Source: Leucoraja erinacea (lineage: Eukaryota). From it: a stretch of DNA of 64,000 nt. Position 1 is the stretch's first letter; every line of letters begins with the position of its first letter. Made by a program: the position numbers and the translations under genes. The DNA lies in contig NC_073383.1 of NCBI RefSeq assembly GCF_028641065.1, positions 13,764,001-13,828,000 on the forward strand, in the 5' to 3' direction. Below the pieces are notes generated by a model. It searched no databases. It was not told the DNA's origin and saw nothing but the letters and a program-made list of their open reading frames with translations. Positions 49,106 to 61,958 of the stretch are shown piece by piece.

Positions 49106-50107
49106 AATATGAAAAATGCAAGAGAAATATTTAGGTCCTGATGAGGCAGATGTAATAATGTTGCAGCCTTTCATTTGAAAAATTCTTGAGACCTGTCATG
49201 TGCGCACAGCTTTTTAAAGTGATTTCAATCCTTTTTGAGATAAAATTATGATGGTTCACACTAAAATGCATAAGGTTGTGTATCCATAGCTAAAGCAATT
49301 TTGGATTCAATACAGATTAATATGCCATTCTCATCACTTCCAATTATCTAAAATAAATTAGTTGCAATACTGCCAATCATTGAAGACCTTTGTAAAAAGC
49401 ACAGGCATGGTCTGCAAACCCAGTTAAAGAAATAAAGTATTTTTACAGCAGGACGGACTGCATATGTAAAAAGTGAAAGACTTAACATTTCAGGTCAAGG
49501 ACCCTGCAACAGAACTGGGAAAGTGAATAACTCTTATGGGACGAGCCCAGGGTGGTTGAGATGTATGCAAGCTTTTCAAATTTCCAGCATCTGCAGTATT
49601 TTGATTGGAAAATTATTCTTACCCATTTTATTGGGCATGTAGAAGTGTTTTTTTGGTATGGAATGAATACAAATACTCCCAGTCAATACCTTATCACCAA
49701 GTGATATCGACTCTGTGGTATATTTTATTTCCTGGCTTTTTTAAATTACACAGGCAACACATATTACTAAAATAAGACTGGCCGAGTTACTCCAGCACTT
49801 TGTGTCATTTATTTTGGAAGAAAATACATAGTGCATATTATATCTGTTATCTATGTACTGTTACAAATCCAGTGGTCATGGCTCATACTCACGGTCATAT
49901 CCCACCCCCAACCCTGAGATTCTGTTCATTTCCACACAGTGATTAAATTAAAATGAGTGATAGCCAGCCAAACAAAACATGTAGTCATTCTTCCTGCAGC
50001 TACTGCTAAGAGAGAACCCAGTACTTTTAAGAGACACGTTAGCATGGCTTCAGATTTATTTCCATATTGGTGTAAGATCCGTATTAAATGATATTCTTCA
50101 GTTCCTA

Positions 50108-50570
50108 TGTTCAGTTTAGTTTATTGTCACGTGAACAGATATACAGTGAAAAGATTTTTGTTGTGTGCTATCCAGCCAGAAGAAAGACAATACATGATTA
50201 CAATCGAGCCGTTTACAGTGTATAGATATATGATAAGGAAATAACATTTAGTGCAAGGTAAAGCCAGTAAAGTCCGATGGTCACCAAAGAGGTAGAGATA
50301 GTAGTTCAGGACTGCCCTCTAGTTGTGGTGGGATGATTCAGTTGCCTGATAACAGCTGGGTAGAAACTATCCCTGAATCTGGAGGTGTGCGTTTTCACAC
50401 TTCTGTACTTCTTGCCTGATGGGAGAGGGGAGAAGAGGGAGTGACTGGGGTGCAACACGTGAACTTGCCGAGGCAGCGTGAGGTGTAAATGGAGTCAATG
50501 GAAGGGACGTTGGTTTGTGTGATGGTCTGGGCTGCATCCACAACTCGCTGCAATTTCTTGTGGACCTTGG
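50108..50570 (-). mobile_element. Rex1/Babar LINE 3' fragment
   Basis: Same tail as 26180-26468 and 42135-42490. Confidence 0.85.
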
Positions 50571-50689
50571 AACAATGGTTTCTTGGAACAATGGATAAGC
50601 AGTCCTGTGCGTTCTAGTTTTCCAGACAAGGGAGTATCAGCAACTAAATGCTATACTGTTGCTATGTGTACCGTAACATGGACAATCAC

Positions 50690-51830
50690 AAAAACATACA
50701 GCACAGAACGAAGGACCTCATGTCCCGAGTCGCCTATGCTTTCTCTACCTTAATCCCAGCATTAGGTGCTCGCCATAAACTCCTATCCATGTAGCAGGCC
50801 AAATGCCTCTTAAACTATGTAATAGTATCTGTCTCCACCACCTCCTCCAGCAATCATTCCAAATATTCACTACTCTCCATGTGAAAAACTTACCCTAAGA
50901 TTTTTAAATTTCTCCTCTTTCATCTTAAACACATGGCTCTACACTCCACTGTCCCGAGAAAAAGAACCTGACTAATTATCCAATCTATCTTCCTCATAAT
51001 GTTGTAAGCCTCTATAAAGGGAGAAGTATTGTAGATAGCAAAGAAGGTTGCATCCTCAAACATTGCTGCAGGATCTTGACCGTTTGGGCCAGTGGGCTGA
51101 GGAATGGTTACCTAATGGAGTTTAATACAGGTAAGTGCGAGTTGGTGCATTTTGGAACGTCTAACGAGGACAAGGCCTCCACGGTGAATGGCAGGGAACT
51201 GGGAAAGGGTGTAAAGGAGAGGGATTTAGGAATGCAGGTACATGGTTGCTTGAAAGTGGTGTCACACGTTGATAGGGTTGTCAAGAAGGCTTTCACCACA
51301 TTGGCCTTTATCAGTTAGAGTATAGAGTGTAGAAGTTGGTAGGTTAGGTTACAATTGTCCGAATGTCAGTGAGGCACAATGCTCAGTTTTGGTCACCCTG
51401 TTATAGGAAAAGATGTTGTTAAGCTGGAAAAGGTGCCGAGAAGGTTTACGAGGATGTTATGAGGATGGTTGAGCAGGCTAGGACTTTATTTCTTGGAGCG
51501 CAGGAGGATGAGGAATGATCTTATAGAGGTGTATAAGATCATGAGAAGAACAGATAGGGTAAATGCACAGAGTCTTTTATGCAGAGTCAGAAAATTAAGA
51601 ACTAGACGACAAAGGTTTACGGTGAGGGGGTAAAGATTTAATAGGAACCTGAGGGACAACTTTTTTTTTACATAAAGAGTGGTGGGTGTCTGGAACAAGC
51701 TGCAAGGGGAGGTAGTTGAGGCTGGTACAATCACGTCACTTAAAAAACATTTGGACAGTTAATTGGACAGGGTATTAGCCAGGAGAGGTTGGCCAAACAA
51801 TGATTGTTTTCTCTGGAGCATAGGAAGATG
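50690..51830. mobile_element. CR1 LINE fragments (50690-51018 minus; 51020-51830 plus)
   Basis: MEFNTGKCELVHFG, ERDLGMQVH and VVKKAFTTLAFIS (ORF 51076..51318). Confidence 0.85.
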
Positions 51831-52694
51831 AAGGGAGTCCTGGTAGAAGCATATACAATTCTGAGAGGCATATACAAGGTACGCACATAGATATGCAGTG
51901 AAAGAAGTGATATTGATGACATGGAGTCAAAGATGATCAGTTTAACATGACATCATGTTCGACACAGACATTATGGGCTGAATGGCCTATTTCTGTTCTA
52001 TATGAGGTTAACAAACCGTACTTTGTACCTTATCTTTACTAATCCCGGTTCATTTAAAACTTCGGAAAGTTACTGATTAAAGTACTCCCTTAGACCCTGG
52101 ATTTTATCGCGACTCCAGCAGTTAAATATCTATGTTTGTGTTCCCCAAAGAGCTGGTGCACACAAAAAATATCATTCACAAATTTACATCCAAAAAATGC
52201 ATCATCAATGATCTACTTCTTCTCAAGCTGGTCTTCCTTGCTTAGAGATGAATAAAGTGGACACACATTCAGTGCCAAAAGGGGAAATTCCTGAAATACT
52301 GACGAACTGAACATTTATTTATTGCCTACGTACACAGTTTTTCTGTAATCTCCATCTTGAAACCACACTGATCCGTGCAAAGAGAAATCAGAACCCAGGC
52401 TTCCAGTTAAATGTTACAGTGTTTCCTTTTCTCTCTGACCCACCTGCGGCTTTAGTGATTCACAACCGTGATTCGTGCTGGACATTTAAGAGGTTGTCAA
52501 CATGCCAAACTTCTCATCGGAAAGTCAGTCATCCTATCTTTAGACTTCAAACAAACAGCCACTTCACGAAAATCAAAATCCTTCAAAATCCTGATAACAG
52601 CTAGAATGCCAAGGCACAATCTATAGGCTGCAGCCACTGTTTGAATATCTAAAGGGGCTGCTCCTTGCCTTCTGGCTGCATTTTTCACCCACCA

Positions 52695-53125
52695 TCCTCA
52701 TCTTTGGACACCCTGTGCGTAGGGGAGAGGGTAGGGCTGAAGATGTCCTGGTTGGGTTGCTCCTGGGCCTGGCCAAGCTGGCCATCCGCGAGTCACGGCG
52801 CCAGACGGCGGAGGGCTCTACCCGAGCCAGCTGCCTGCCCCTTTTCCGGGGTTACGTCCGTGCCCGGGTGGGATTAGAAAGGGAATACGCCCTGTCTGTG
52901 GGCACCCTGAGCGAGTTCCGGGACCGCTGGGCTCCGCAGGGTGTTGAATGTATCCTCAATAAGGATTGTATCATAATTGTATAATAGTTTATTATGGATA
53001 TATGTTTGTATTGTATTTATGGTGGTGGGTTCTGGCTTGTTTTATTGTAGTGTAAATATTATTTTTTAATAATTGAATAAATATTTTGTAATTAAAAAAA
53101 AAAATAATAAATAAAAAATAAAAAA
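52695..53125 (+). mobile_element. Tx1-clade LINE 3' end with poly(A)
   Basis: LLLGLAKLAIRESRR...LEREYA...FRDRW C-terminus (ORF 52715..52984), AATAAA and an A-rich tail. Confidence 0.8.
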
Positions 53126-54049
53126 AGGCACAATCTATTTCAACCTGTAGACGTCCTTCTTTAAAATCAATTGGGCTATCCACCAAACATAAACAGGGAA
53201 GAACATTCCTGTTGTCTGCTCGATTTTATTGAATGTTGGTAACTCTACCAGAACTCTGGAATCATCATTTTGAATCAGGAGAGGAAGAGCACTGCAGAAA
53301 AAATCTAGAAATGAATACTGACAGAATTTAATTCAAAATTCTAATATTCAGAAGTATAAATATTCTGTGAGTTTCAGCATTTGGATATTATAAAAAAAAA
53401 CATTCTACTTTTCCAATTATAACTCCAAATAATGCCTACTTTCCTAAATTAAACCCTCCCTCACTCCATGCATCTCCTTATTGATCATGTTACTTTAAAA
53501 ATATTTATCATTTTATTTCATGAAGTTCCACTCCAAAACTCTCACATAGAATGCTCACTTACCATAAGTCATTATTTGCTGATTGCAGCTTCTGTAGTGA
53601 ATTACTTTAACAGGGTCTCTAATACACAAGAAAGTATGAGATATTAGATGAACATCATCGGGTAATGTCCGAGCAACAAGAATAGTGTTTATCCTTCCTG
53701 CAATCCACTCCAGCAATATTTAATTTTACATCTGTTTCCAACATGCGGGTGTTACATTACATCCAACTTGGAAATTTCAGTGCCCAGGAAAATTCTTATC
53801 TTTGTGAACAATCATTTCTCAAGGATGCCCCGTGTTTCCTCTTTCAACCCACTCACAAAGGTCTGGAAGGATACCCAAGGAACTGAGAAGTAAACAAATC
53901 AAACACAAATCCAGCTATTTTAATCAAGACCAAACTGCTTCATTGGCTCTTAAGAGAAAGGTACGTGAACTATATTTCAATACCAGAGGCTTTGAAAATT
54001 CTCACAAAGCCTCACAGGATGTAGCAGCTCAGTTCTATTCAGCTTCCTT

Positions 54050-55178
54050 CCTCTAGATTTACAATATATGCATCGTCCACGTATAATAAGAACCCGCATC
54101 CGTGGGAGGTTTACCCTCCACTGCAGCCTTCCCACAGCTCTGTAGATTCCCTTCATCAGAAGGATGAGCAAGGTGTATGGAATTGGGAGGGCAAGTTGGG
54201 GAACATCAGGATCCAGGGCATCGGAAATGTCCTCATTCTTCAGGGAACGGGGGTTCCCCTCCCCTACTATAGATGAGGTTCTCACCAGGGTCTCTTCAAT
54301 ACCCCGTAACACTGCTCTCTCTCCCCATCCCCCCCACTCGTAACAAGGGCAGAGTCCCCTTAGTCCTCACCTTTCACCCCACTGGCCGTCACATACAACA
54401 AATAGTCCTCCGTCATTTTCGCCACCAACAACGTGACCCCACCACTCGCCACATCTTCCCATCTCCCCCGCTGTCTGCTTTCCGCAAATACCGCTCCCTC
54501 CGTAACTCCCTGGTCAATTCTTCCCTTCCCTCCCGCACCACCCCCTCCCCGGGCACTTTCCCTTGCAACCGCAAGAGATGCTACACTTGTCGCTTTACCT
54601 CCCCCCTCGACTCCATTCAAGGACCCAAGCAGTCGTTCCAGGTGCGACAGAGGTTCACCTGCATCTCTTCCAACCTCATCTATTGCATCCGCTGCTCTAG
54701 ATGTTAGCTGATCTACATCGGTGAGAGATCTTTTCGCCGAACACATCAGCTCGGTCCACATTAACCAACCTGATCTCCCGGTGGCTCAGCACTTCAACTC
54801 CCCCTCCCATTCCAAATCCGGCCTTTCTGTCCTGGGCCTCCTCCATGGCCAGAGTGAGCACCACCGGAAATTGGAGGAGCAGCACCTCATATTCCGCTTG
54901 GGCAGTCTGCACCCTAGCGGCATAAACATTGAATTCTCCAATTTCCGGTGGCCCATGCTGTCTCAACCCCTTCTCAGCTCTCCCTCAGCCCTTGGGCTCC
55001 TTCTCTTCCTTTCTCTTTTCTTCTCCCCCCCCCCCCACCTTACATCAGTCTGAAGAAGGGTTTTGGCCCGAAACGTTGCCCATTTCCTTCGCTCCACAGA
55101 TGCTGCTGCACCCGCTGAGTTTCTCCAGCATTTTTGTCTACCTTCGATTTTCCAGCATCTGCAGTTCCTTCTTAAACA
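54050..55178 (+). mobile_element. Penelope-like element, 5'-truncated (RT C-terminus, GIY-YIG endonuclease, terminal repeat and tail)
   Basis: RVPLVLTFHP, PGTFPCNRKRCYTC, FTCISSNLIYCIRCSRC, VAQHFN and KLEEQHLIFRLG; ends gttccttcttaaaca. The 5' boundary is approximate. Confidence 0.93.
55050..55077 (+). ncRNA. Minimal hammerhead ribozyme motif (PLE type)
   Basis: CUGAAGA-A-GGGU(UUUG)GCCC-GAAAC-GUU with palindromic AACGUU. Confidence 0.55.
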
Positions 55179-55192
55179 TGGAGAGAGAATCA

Positions 55193-55550
55193 TAGAAACA
55201 TAGAAAATAGGTGCAGGAGTAGGCCATTCGGCCCTTCGAGCCTGCACCGCCATTCAATATGATCATGGCTGATCATTCAACTCAGTATCCCGTACCTGCC
55301 TTCTCTCCATACCCCCTGATCCCCTTAGCCACAAGGGCCACATCTAACTCCCTCTTAAATATAACCAATGAACTGGCCTCAACTACCCTCTGTGGCAGCG
55401 AGTTCCAGAGATTCCCCACTCTCTGTGTGAAAAAAGTTCTTCTCATCTCGGTTTTTAAAGGATTTCCCCCTTATCCTTAAGCTGTGACCCCTTGTCCTGG
55501 ACTTCCCCAACATCGGGAACAATCTTCCTGCATCTAGCCTGTCCAACCCC
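55193..55550 (-). mobile_element. Young CR1/HER1 LINE 3' end
   Basis: (catagaaa)2 tail and the reverse complement of ORF2 C-terminal codons. Confidence 0.9.
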
Positions 55551-55889
55551 TACAAAATCAACTCAAACACTTTGGTGATCCATTTAAAAAAAAAAGACAA
55601 TTACCAGAAACCAAGTTATTTTGACAAGAAGTTATCTATAGATTTATGAATCTGACCCTCTCAATGCCCCTCCTAAATTCTAGAGAGTATAAACCAAGTC
55701 CATATCCAGTCAGTTCTTGCATAAGAAATCCATGGAGAGAGAATCAGAATGTATGAGCTATGCGTTCTGTTGACAAGTTGGCAATTCCATAGAATTGCTT
55801 GCTAGTTGCATTACATGCCAGGGCATTTCACACTTCCATCCCCGTGCACTGCATCATTGAAACATGTTGGAGGGCAAATACTGGTACAC

Positions 55890-56585
55890 TAAAGATAGAT
55901 ACAAAAAGCTGGAGTAACTCAGCGGGACAGGCAGCATCTCTGGAGAGAATAAGGGTCTCGACCCAAAATGTCACACATTCCTTCTCTCCAGAGATGCTGC
56001 CTGTCCCGCTGCTGTTCCGGGAGGCAGAGAGAGCCAATGCGATGACGCTGATGTCAAAAGCCTTGAACTGCCTGCTTACTACTCCCATATGTCTCCTCCA
56101 TTGTCAGAGTGAGGCTAAACACAAATTAGAGGAATAGCACCTCATATTTTGCTTGGGCAGCTTACAGCCCAGTGGTACAAATATTGATTTCTCTAACATC
56201 AAGCAACCCCGGCATTCCCTCTCTCTCTATCCCTCCCCCACCCAAGTTACACTAGCTTCTCGTTTTCACCCAACAAACAGCTAGCAATGGCCTGTTTCCT
56301 TTATCATCGCTCCATTTTTGCATATCTTTCATTCATTGTTCTTTATCTCTCTACCTCATTGTTTATATCTCTCATTTCCCTTATCCCCAAGCAGTCTGAA
56401 GAAGGGCCTCAACCTGAAACACCACCCATTCCTTCTCTCCAGAGATGCTGCCTGTCCCGCTGAGTTACTCCAGCTTTTTGTGTCTAACTTCAGCATGATC
56501 AAGGTCTGAAGAAAGATCCAGAGACAAAATGTGATCTGCCCACACCCTCACAGATGCTGGCGGTCCCGCTGAGTACTTCCAGCAT
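55890..56585 (+). mobile_element. PLE cluster: 5'-inverted segment, GIY-YIG remnant and terminal repeats
   Basis: LLHCQSEAKHKLEE; degenerate hammerhead at 56396. Confidence 0.8.
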
Positions 56586-56631
56586 CATGTTTTTTTTTTT
56601 ACTTTTGCTACCATGGTGTTTTCAGTGTTCA

Positions 56632-57828
56632 TCTAAATCTTATATATTACTAAAAGTCTGATCTTGACCACTTCCTGTTGTTCTGTATATTGATTTTAGA
56701 AAAAATGCTGCCACTTACGGCTGTGATTTTTGGCCATCTTTCTCAGAGTCCCCTTCGGCTGCGCAGGACAAGAGGATTTTTCCCATCGATTGAAAATAAA
56801 AGAGTTATTAGTGTTTAAAAAATGTTGAGATTTGCTCTCCTGAAGGCCACGCCCCTTCCGGAGCGGCTATAAAACCTGGAAGTGTGGAGGTGCCTCAGTT
56901 CTCTGCAAGATGGGGGAGCGAGAGGTTGCAATTCTCAGTCTGAGCTGTGAATAACACCGAACACATGTCTACTAAACTGTGAATGATTTTACTGACCTGT
57001 CAGTGCCCTTAATGTGGTTTGAAAATGTAGTTTGAAAATGCAAAAGTGTGTTTTGGTTTGAAAGTGCTAAAGCTGTGTTGCCTTTGGTTTTGAAAGTGCT
57101 AAATGAGCTGTCTTGCCTTTGGTTTTGAAAGTGCTAAAGAAAGCAGCCTTGCCTTTGGTTTGGAAAGTGCTAAAGTGAGCTGCGTTGCCTTTAGTTTTGA
57201 AAGTGCGAAAAAAGCAAGCTGCCCTGCCTTGGGGGGGGGGGGGGGGAGACTATAAAACCCTGATTTGTGGGCGTGGCTTTGTCTTTGCAAGATGGGGGAG
57301 GGAGAGGTCACGGCTCACTGTCTTTAGTGGCCTTGCACCCTGCTTGAAATGGTATGAAACTATAATTGAATTTGGTTCCCTTGCACCCTGCTTGAAATGG
57401 AATAGCCGTGAGTCAACTGCGAGCCCACCAGCCAGCTACGGCGGCAGGCGCGGGCACACCGCGACGCCCTGTGTCTCCCTTTCAAGGGAGATGCTAAAAA
57501 TGCATTTCGTTGTCTCTGTACTGTACACTGACAATGACAATAAATTGAATCATTTCATCATTTTCATTTCATGAGTGTGAGCTGCCAGTAAAACAGGCTT
57601 GAGTGACTGAGCCGCCAGCCCAAGAATCCATTTGTCCCACAATGTCCATACTAGCCCTCTTGAAACCAGTCCCTTCAGCGCACAACACCCATACTTGCAC
57701 ACCAGAAATCCCCCCCCCCCGCTCCCCACAGGCCACCAATATTGGAATTGGTGAAGAGGTGGAATATTTAGTTGGGGGACCAGCCTTTCCGTGTGAACAT
57801 GGGACCCAACGGGTCCCACTTAGTCAAG
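56632..57828 (+). mobile_element. Non-autonomous Helitron, about 1.2 kb, with an internal minisatellite
   Basis: A|TC...tatatattactaaaa start; subterminal hairpin tgggaccc-aac-gggtccca then cttagtCAAG|T (CTAG variant); same architecture as 7535-7743. Repeats of ttgcctttggttttgaaagtgctaaa at 57050-57230. Confidence 0.8.
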
Positions 57829-57839
57829 TATTTCCTAAA

Positions 57840-60720
57840 TTTTAAGCACCTCTCACCACTAACTCCTTAGGCAGTGTGATCCAGATTTCATCCACACTCT
57901 GGGTGAAAAAATGTTTCCACCAACCCTCTCTAAATCTCCCTACCCTTAACAAATGCTCTCTGGTTATAGGCATCTCTGCCACTGGAAAAAGTTTTGCAAT
58001 TTACCCTCTCCATGCCCTTTCAAATTTTATACACCACATTTAGGTCCCCTTCAACTTACCCCATTCATAAATGAAACAACCCCAACCTATCCAGCATCTC
58101 CCCATAACCGTAATATTATATTCCAGGGTAAATCCTGATTAATCTCCTCTGTCTAATCATCCATCCTATTGTTGGGCAACCAGAACTGTACATGTTACTT
58201 CTGTTGTCGTTTAACTAATATTTTATACACGTGCACTATAACCTCACTCCTCTTACATTAGCTGTATCCCATGTACTTCCTTATCTACCTTATCTAGCCG
58301 TGCTGCTGCCTTCAGGGATCTTTACACAAAGACTTGAAGTTGTAGAAATGTATAAAATTATAAAAGGACTGGACAAGCAAGATGCAGGAAAATGTTCCCA
58401 ATGATGGGGGAGTCCAGAACCAGGGGCCACAGTCGAAGAATAAAGGGGAGGCCATTTAAAACTGAGATGTGAAAAAATCTTTTTCACCCAGAGAGTTGTG
58501 AATTTGTGGAATTCTCTGCCACAGGCCAAGTCACTGGATGAATTTAGAAGAGGGTTAAATCGAGCGCTAGCGGAATCAAAGGATATGGGGAGAAGGCAGG
58601 CACAGGTTACTGATTGTGGATGATCAGCCATGAATGGCGGTGTAGGCTCAAAGTGCCAAATGGCCTCCTCCTGCACTTATTTTTTGTTTCTATAACCCTC
58701 TGTTCCTCAGTAGTCCTGCGATCCTACCAATCTGTACGTACATCCTAGCCTTATTAGTTCTTTCAAACTCTTACATTCATCACAATTAAATTCCATCGTT
58801 TCTCTACGTATCTTACCAACTAATCTACTCTCCTCACGATCACCGACATTAAATGCCATTTTCAAGTTTTATTCATTTGCTTCTTGCCTGCCACATGCTG
58901 TTATCATTATGATATACGATGAACAGCAAGGATTCCAACACCAAACACTGTGGTACACCAGTCACAGACTTAAAAATCGCAAATACAGACCACAAACATC
59001 ACCCTTTGCCTCCATCGCCAAGCCAGTTTCCGATCGAATTTGCCAAATTCCCTTGATTCCAAGGACTCTTACCTTTTGAACCAGTTTCCCATAGGACCTA
59101 CCAAAGTCCATATGTCCATATCACGGACACTACTCTCCACAGCATTCACAGACATTTCCTCAAAAAATTCAAAATAGTCACACAGAATCTCAATGCTGAC
59201 TACACATGATCAATCCCTGCCCTCCAAATGCAAACTAACCTGAGGGTTTAAAAAAATAATTTATCTACCTATGGTTGGATTTATTGGCCTGTAACTAACC
59301 GGATTATCCCTGTTGCCTTTCTTGAATGAAAGAACCACGTTTACTGTCCAGTCATCTGACACCTCTTCCATAGCAAAGAATATATGAATATATCCCAGCA
59401 CCTCCTTCCCTGTTTCTAAAACAGTAGCCCTGGATACATCTTATCAGGCCCTGGGAATTAACTCAGCAGGACAGGCAACATTTCTGGAGAGAAGGAATGG
59501 GTAACATTTCGGGCCGAGACCCTTCTTCTCTCCAGAGATGCTGCCTGTCCCACCGAGTTACTCCAGCTTTTTGTGCCTATCCAAGCCGACTAAGATATCT
59601 AATACCTCCTTTTAAATAGAAATTTGCTCCGGAACTCCACTGTTTCCTTCCATGAATTCCCCAATGATCAAGCCTTTCCAACATAAATACAAATGGGGAT
59701 TATTTAAACCTCCTTCTGCTCGATGCACAGAAACCCCCTTTATTTCTAATGGGCCATATTCTCATTCGGGTTACCCCCTTGCCCTTTATATAGTTGTTGC
59801 CAAGGTCGCCAGGACTCAACACAGTACTTACCTTTCATCATGATGGGAACACATTGAACATGGACTTTCACGGTTTAATTGTTGAATGACTCCCACTAGT
59901 CGTACAGTAGATATTCCCAGTCCACTTTTGTTAAATCCTGCCCTACCACATTACAATTAGCTCTCCCCCAACCCAGTACTTTAATTTCCAGTCTATTCTT
60001 ATGCAACAACCTTAAAACTTAAGATGGACACAGATTGTTGGAGTAACTCAGCGGGTCAGGCAGCATCTCCGGAGAAAAAGGATAGGCCTGAAAACTTTAT
60101 TTTATCTCTGTCTGCTTCGTTGTCATCTTTTCCTAGCTAACAATGATCTATTCTACATTTTCATTTATACAAATCTCCTTTTAAGTCTCATTTTCACACT
60201 TTACCCTTCCTTATCTCTGTGTCTATCTCTCCCGACTCTCAGTCTGAAGAATACCCAAAACAATACCCGCTCCTTCTATCCAGAGATGCTGCCTGTCCTG
60301 CTGAGTTACTCTAGGATTTTGTGTCTATCTATGGCCTTAAAACTTAGTTGTGGTCAGTCCAAAATGCTCTTCCACTGACTGATTAGATCACATACCGTCC
60401 ATTCTCAAATGGGACATAACGCCTCAAAAAGCGCTCTCTGGATGGTCTTTCAAAATGGTGCACACCTCTAAGGCTACACACACAAATTAATCATTGGGGT
60501 GGCTGAAATTTCCTTTGTCTATTATTTTTAACCGTTCTTTGTGATTTGTCTACACATCTGACCCTCAATCCCCCTCTGAATGTTTGGAGGTCTCTCGTAC
60601 AACCCCTGCAAAGTGACCATTCCAGTTCTCTTTCTGGGTTGGACCCATATGGCCTCACTTAATTTTAAGTTTCTATTCACCCATTCCCTCGCAAAGGCTT
60701 CTGCGCACCCAGCTGGAGAC
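57840..60720 (-). mobile_element. Long, highly decayed CR1 LINE with younger nested CR1 (58333-58692, plus) and PLE hairpins (59458-59582, 60020-60332)
   Basis: CR1 RT and endonuclease remnants (EAIWV...TLQGLYERPPN in ORF 60528..60731; tcaggccctggg, the reverse complement of PGPD). Confidence 0.7.
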
Positions 60721-60890
60721 CAACGCTTCACCAGCAGGGTGCAGTGACTCTGAAAATCTAAACCCGCATCTGATCTGCAACTCGGCTACTAATGGGGAAG
60801 GAAACAAACCTGGATAATTCAGGCACAGTCATGCACTGTGTTGAACTGCAAGAATTTTCATCAGAGCCCGAGAAGAAAAACAATAATTAA

Positions 60891-61440
60891 CATAGAAACA
60901 TAAAAAATAGGTGCAGGAGGAGGCCATTCGGCCCTTCAAGTCGGCCATGGCTGATCATCTAAAATCTGTACCCCGTTCCTGCTTTTTCCCCATATCCCTT
61001 GATTCCTTTAGCACTAAGATCTAAATCTAATGCCCCTGTCCCACTTAGGAAACCTGAACAAAAACCTCTGGAGACTTTGCGCCCCACCCAAGGTTTCTGT
61101 GCGGTTCCTAGAGGTTGCAGGTGGTTGCCGGAGGTTGCAGGTAGTGGAAGCAGGTAAGGAGACTGACAAAAACATCCGGGAACCGCACGGAAACCTTGGG
61201 TGGGGCGCAAAGTCTCCAGAGGTTTCCGTTCAGGTTTCCTAAGTGGGACAGGGGCATAACTCTCTCTTGAAAACATCCAGTGAATTGGCCTCCACTGCCT
61301 TCTGTGGCAGAAAATTCCACAGATTCACAACTCTCTGGGCGAAAAAGTTTTACCTCATCTCAGTTCTAAATGGCCTACCCCTTATTCTTAAACTGTGACC
61401 CCTGGTTCTGGACTCCCCCAACATCGGGAACATTTTCCCT
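60891..61440 (-). mobile_element. CR1/HER1 LINE 3' end split by a MITE
   Basis: ctaaatcTAA|MITE|TAActctctcttgaaaac restores the CR1 consensus. Confidence 0.88.
61031..61256. mobile_element. 226-bp palindromic MITE, PIF/Harbinger-like, TAA TSD
   Basis: TIRs tgcccctgtcccacttagg / cctaagtgggacaggggca; perfect 3-bp TAA duplication in a known host; inverted relative to the 14585 copy. Confidence 0.92.
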
Positions 61441-61958
61441 TCAATTTAACAATTTTAAGGGGGTGCTGCCAGCCTTGTGATTGTGCACTTCAGTGGAAAA
61501 GTTATGAATAAACTAGGCCATTCGAACATCAAATAAGAAAGAATCTACAGCAAAAAGTCCTGAAATAGAATCCTTGCTATTTAATGCCGCAAAATCATAA
61601 TAATGCAGGGCAGTCTTAAGGAAGCTGATGGAATGGATTTAAAAAACTCTGCGTTCATATCCATTCCTTGCTGATGACGTTAGTTAGTTGTTTCATTTTA
61701 CCTGTTTCTGAGAAATGAATTACAGTGGTTTGAGCCCAGATTTAAGAGATGACAGGTTCACAACATCCATAAAAAAAAAAATATTGCACTTATGACAACT
61801 ATGTGGGAAATATATAGTGATCTTCTGAGCTTGGGGATTAGAACGTCATTGAATAATAAGAGCAGGAGTAAGCCATTTGGTCCTTCAGGCTTGCTCCCCT
61901 GTTCATCAAGACCACCACTAGTCTTCCACTTTAATTTCCTCCGCCTCCTCTTCCCACA

